Assembly: GCA_963782055.1 (NCBI GenBank)
Contig: CAWAIF010000003.1
Location: 4,480,001 to 4,544,000, forward strand
Direction of reading: 5' to 3'
Origin: an uncultured delta proteobacterium
GTDB lineage: Bacteria > Myxococcota_A > Polyangia > Polyangiales > Polyangiaceae
DNA: 64,000 nt
The first letter of the stretch is position 1; each line of letters opens with the position of its first letter. The position numbers and the translations under genes were made by a program. The notes beneath the pieces are model-generated. The model did no database searches. It was given only the letters and a program-made list of their open reading frames with translations, and had not been told where the DNA came from. Of the stretch, positions 59,963-64,000 are shown piece by piece.

Positions 59963-60541
59963 ATGGACCCGATCTTCTTCACGCTCAAGCGGAGCTACTA
60001 CGCGACGCTGCGGCTCACGCGGCGCATGCTCGCCGCGGCGGGGCTCACGGCGGCGCGCTTCGATCTGCTCGACGCCATCTACCGGCTCGGCACGAGCGCC
60101 GTCATCTGCCAGAGCCACCTGCGGATCGGCCTCGGCGTCGCTCGCTCCACCATCAGTCGCATGATGATGTCGCTCGAGCGTCTGGGCCTGGTGGCCCGCC
60201 GTCGCGTCGGCCGCGAGTGCATCGTCGCGCTCACCCCGGAGGGGCGTCGCCGGGTGCGGCGCGCCTTCTTCGGGCTGGTGCTGACCGGCCACGTCGCGCT
60301 CGCGCTGGACAGCGCCCTCACGCCGAGCACGCGGCACTGGCCGGCGCAGGACGCGTGCCTCCGCGCCCGAGACCGCCTCGCCGCGCTGTGCATGCGCATC
60401 CGCCTCGCCTTCGGCGACGGGGCGACGCTGGACCGCGCGACCTGGTGCGGATTCTGGCGCGAGCGCGAAGGGTACCGCGCCCGCGCCAGGCAACGCGCCG
60501 CCGAACGGCGGGAGCGCGCGCTCGCGGGTGCGTACACGTAA
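59963..60541 (+). CDS. MarR-family transcriptional regulator
   Basis: GLTAARFDLL, QSHLRIGLGVARSTISRMMMSLERLGLVAR, VALTPEGR. Confidence 0.85.
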   Translation: MDPIFFTLKRSYYATLRLTRRMLAAAGLTAARFDLLDAIYRLGTSAVICQSHLRIGLGVARSTISRMMMSLERLGLVARRRVGRECIVALTPEGRRRVRRAFFGLVLTGHVALALDSALTPSTRHWPAQDACLRARDRLAALCMRIRLAFGDGATLDRATWCGFWREREGYRARARQRAAERRERALAGAYT

Positions 60542-60568
60542 ACGCCAGCGGCCGGCGCCCGCCCGCCG

Positions 60569-61960
<1,392 letters not shown>

Positions 61961-62007
61961 CGGGGCCCCCCACGTTGCCGCGCTTCGTGGTACCTCTCAA
62001 GGCAGAA

Positions 62008-64000
62008 ATGCCGCTCGAAGACGCCGTCGCGTGGAACGTCGGCCGCTACACGGTCCATGGGGAGATCGCGTCGGGCGGCATGGCGACGGTCCACATCGGG
62101 CGCCTCGGCGGCACCGCCGGCTTCTCCAAGCTGGTGGCCATCAAGCGGATGCACCCGCAGTTCGCCAAGGACCCGGACTTCCTCGCGATGTTCGTCGACG
62201 AGGCGCGCCTCGTCACGCGCATCCGCCACCCCAACGTCGTGCAGCCGCTCGACATCGTCGCCGAGGGCGGCGAGGTGCTCCTCGTCATGGAGTACATCCA
62301 CGGCGAGGCGCTCTCCCGCATCAACCGCGTGCTGCGCCCCAAGAACGAGCGCATCCCCATCCGCATCGCGGCGGCCATCATGAGCGGCGCCCTCCACGGC
62401 CTCCACGCCGCGCACGAGGCGAAGAGCGAGAAGGGCGAGCCGCTCGACATCGTCCACCGCGACATCTCCCCGCAGAACATCATCGTCGGGGTCGACGGCA
62501 TCTCCCGCGTGCTGGACTTCGGCATCGCCAAGGCCGCCGACCAGGTCCACCTCACGCGCGAGGGCGAGCTCAAGGGCAAGCTCGTCTACATGGCGCCTGA
62601 GCAGCTCCTCGGCGAGCGCGTCACCCGCCGCACCGACATCTTCTCCGCCACCGTCGTCCTCTGGGAGTGCTTGACGGGTCAACGACTCTTCGAGTCGGAG
62701 TCGCAGTCGCCCCTGCTCGCTCGCGCCAAGCACCAGAAGATCGAGCCGCCGAGCGAGCTCTCGCCGGAGGTGCCGCCGGCGCTCGACGCCGTCGTGCTCA
62801 AGGGCCTCGCGCTCGACCAGGACGACCGCTGGGCGACCGCGCGGGAGATGGCCATGGCGCTGGAGGAGGCCCTCCCGCCGGCGACGACCGCACAGGTGGG
62901 CGTCTGGGTGGAGCAGGTCGCGGCCAAGGCGCTCGCCAGCCGCCAGGCGCGCATCCACGAGATCGAGTCGGCGGGCGCGGAGAGCACCGCCCGCACCCGC
63001 GAGATGGTCGCCGACATCGCGTCCGACCGCATCTACACGCGCGACATCGTCTCCTCCAACACCGCGCGCAGGACGCCGCCGCCCGCCCCGCACAGCGCGC
63101 GCACCGGATCGCAGCGCGCCGTCGCCCCGCCGCCTCCCCCCCCACCCGACGCACCGCCCACCCGCATCGGGCCGCACGCGAGCCAGCCGGACGCACCACG
63201 CTTCTCCTCGCCCGACGGCAGCGGCGGCTTCCGCGCGGGTCCGCCGAGCGGCGGCTTCGATGCGCGCTTCGGACCGCCGAGCGGCAGCGGGCCCCATGCC
63301 GGCGCCATCGGGCCCCAGACCGGCAGCGGCCCCTACCCCGCCCCACGCCTCTCGCGTCCCGACGGCTCCGGTCCGGCCCCCAGCCTGCGCGATCCCTACT
63401 ACGTCCCGCCGGGCAACCCGCTCGCCATGCCGCAGGGACCGGTGTCCCTCGAGCCCCCGCCCATCCCCACCGAGCACGCCAAGCCCGCCAAGACCACGGT
63501 GCAGAAGATCGGCCGGCGCAGCCGCCTGGGCACCGTGCTCCTCTTGCTCCTGATGATCGGCGTCATCGCCGCGGTGGTCGGCGGCCCCGTGCTCATCAAG
63601 CACGACTACCAGGACCGGCTCCGGGCCGCCGGCATCGAGTCCACCATCGACGAGGTCGACCTCTTCTCCCAGCTCGGCACCGCGCGCCTCGTGGGCGTCA
63701 CCCTCACCTCCCCCGGCGTCCCCGGTGTCAGCGTCCACGCCAACGAGGTGCTCGTCGAGCTCAACCGCCGCCTCGAGCCCACCTCCATCGTCGCCCGCGA
63801 GGTGGATGCCACCGTGGAGGTCGGGTACGCGCCGCTCCTCTCCACCTACGGCGACTGGAGCAACAAGCACTCCGAAGGCCGCTTTCTCGGCCTCCCCGCC
63901 TCCGTGCGCCACTTTCGCGTGGAGACCGGCAAGCTCACGTGGAACCAGCCGTCCGGCGCCGGCACCAAGGTCCTCGCCTCCGGCATCATCTTCGACACCA
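62008..64000 (+). CDS. Membrane Ser/Thr protein kinase (3' end runs off the window; absent from the ORF track)
   Basis: Manual translation gives GRYTVHGEIASGGMATVH, VAIKRMH, HRDISPQN, DFGIAKA, GKLVYMAPE, a Pro-rich linker and TM LGTVLLLLLMIGVIAAVV in the same frame. Confidence 0.93.
   Translation, partial: MPLEDAVAWNVGRYTVHGEIASGGMATVHIGRLGGTAGFSKLVAIKRMHPQFAKDPDFLAMFVDEARLVTRIRHPNVVQPLDIVAEGGEVLLVMEYIHGEALSRINRVLRPKNERIPIRIAAAIMSGALHGLHAAHEAKSEKGEPLDIVHRDISPQNIIVGVDGISRVLDFGIAKAADQVHLTREGELKGKLVYMAPEQLLGERVTRRTDIFSATVVLWECLTGQRLFESESQSPLLARAKHQKIEPPSELSPEVPPALDAVVLKGLALDQDDRWATAREMAMALEEALPPATTAQVGVWVEQVAAKALASRQARIHEIESAGAESTARTREMVADIASDRIYTRDIVSSNTARRTPPPAPHSARTGSQRAVAPPPPPPPDAPPTRIGPHASQPDAPRFSSPDGSGGFRAGPPSGGFDARFGPPSGSGPHAGAIGPQTGSGPYPAPRLSRPDGSGPAPSLRDPYYVPPGNPLAMPQGPVSLEPPPIPTEHAKPAKTTVQKIGRRSRLGTVLLLLLMIGVIAAVVGGPVLIKHDYQDRLRAAGIESTIDEVDLFSQLGTARLVGVTLTSPGVPGVSVHANEVLVELNRRLEPTSIVAREVDATVEVGYAPLLSTYGDWSNKHSEGRFLGLPASVRHFRVETGKLTWNQPSGAGTKVLASGIIFDT

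Overview
Very GC-rich bacterial DNA. The gene content (several eukaryotic-like Ser/Thr kinases, DAG-rich lipoproteins, WGR/DUF4132 proteins, many sigma54 promoter motifs) suggests a myxobacterium of the Polyangiaceae type; this is inferred, not proven. About 50 CDSs are present. I saw no rRNA, tRNA, CRISPR array, transposase or integrase. The window is a mosaic of four blocks. (1) 1-20.7 kb is accessory and holds stress/detox genes (LysR + aldo-keto reductase, YCII + ECF42 with its promoter, frmA, RibD-C, NmrA), a frameshifted kinase-ATPase-TPR gene, several gene remnants and a toxin-less cluster of immunity-type proteins (propeller-WGR-DUF1963-like, SMI1/KNR4-ankyrin, ankyrin). (2) 20.7-30.1 kb is a TolC-MFP-RND-USP operon divergent from a histidine kinase/NtrC pair, with two back-to-back sigma54 promoter motifs and tandem enhancer-like palindromes. 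(3) 30.2-41.5 kb is accessory and includes a DUF4132 protein with an unusual N-terminal domain that may be EVE/PUA-like, a DJ-1 protein, a cupin and a Tsi6-like remnant. (4) 41.6-64 kb is more core-like: deoxyhypusine-synthase-like enzyme, ABC exporter, NTT-family nucleotide transporter, a Ku-less PolX-LigC plus Prim-PolC repair cluster, a DHCR24/BfaA-like oxidoreductase, serA, a D-2-hydroxyglutarate dehydrogenase-like gene and a kinase running off the right edge. Many genes look leaderless (TAnnnT 6-9 nt upstream of the start codon). All family calls come from motif recognition by eye; no database searches were run.
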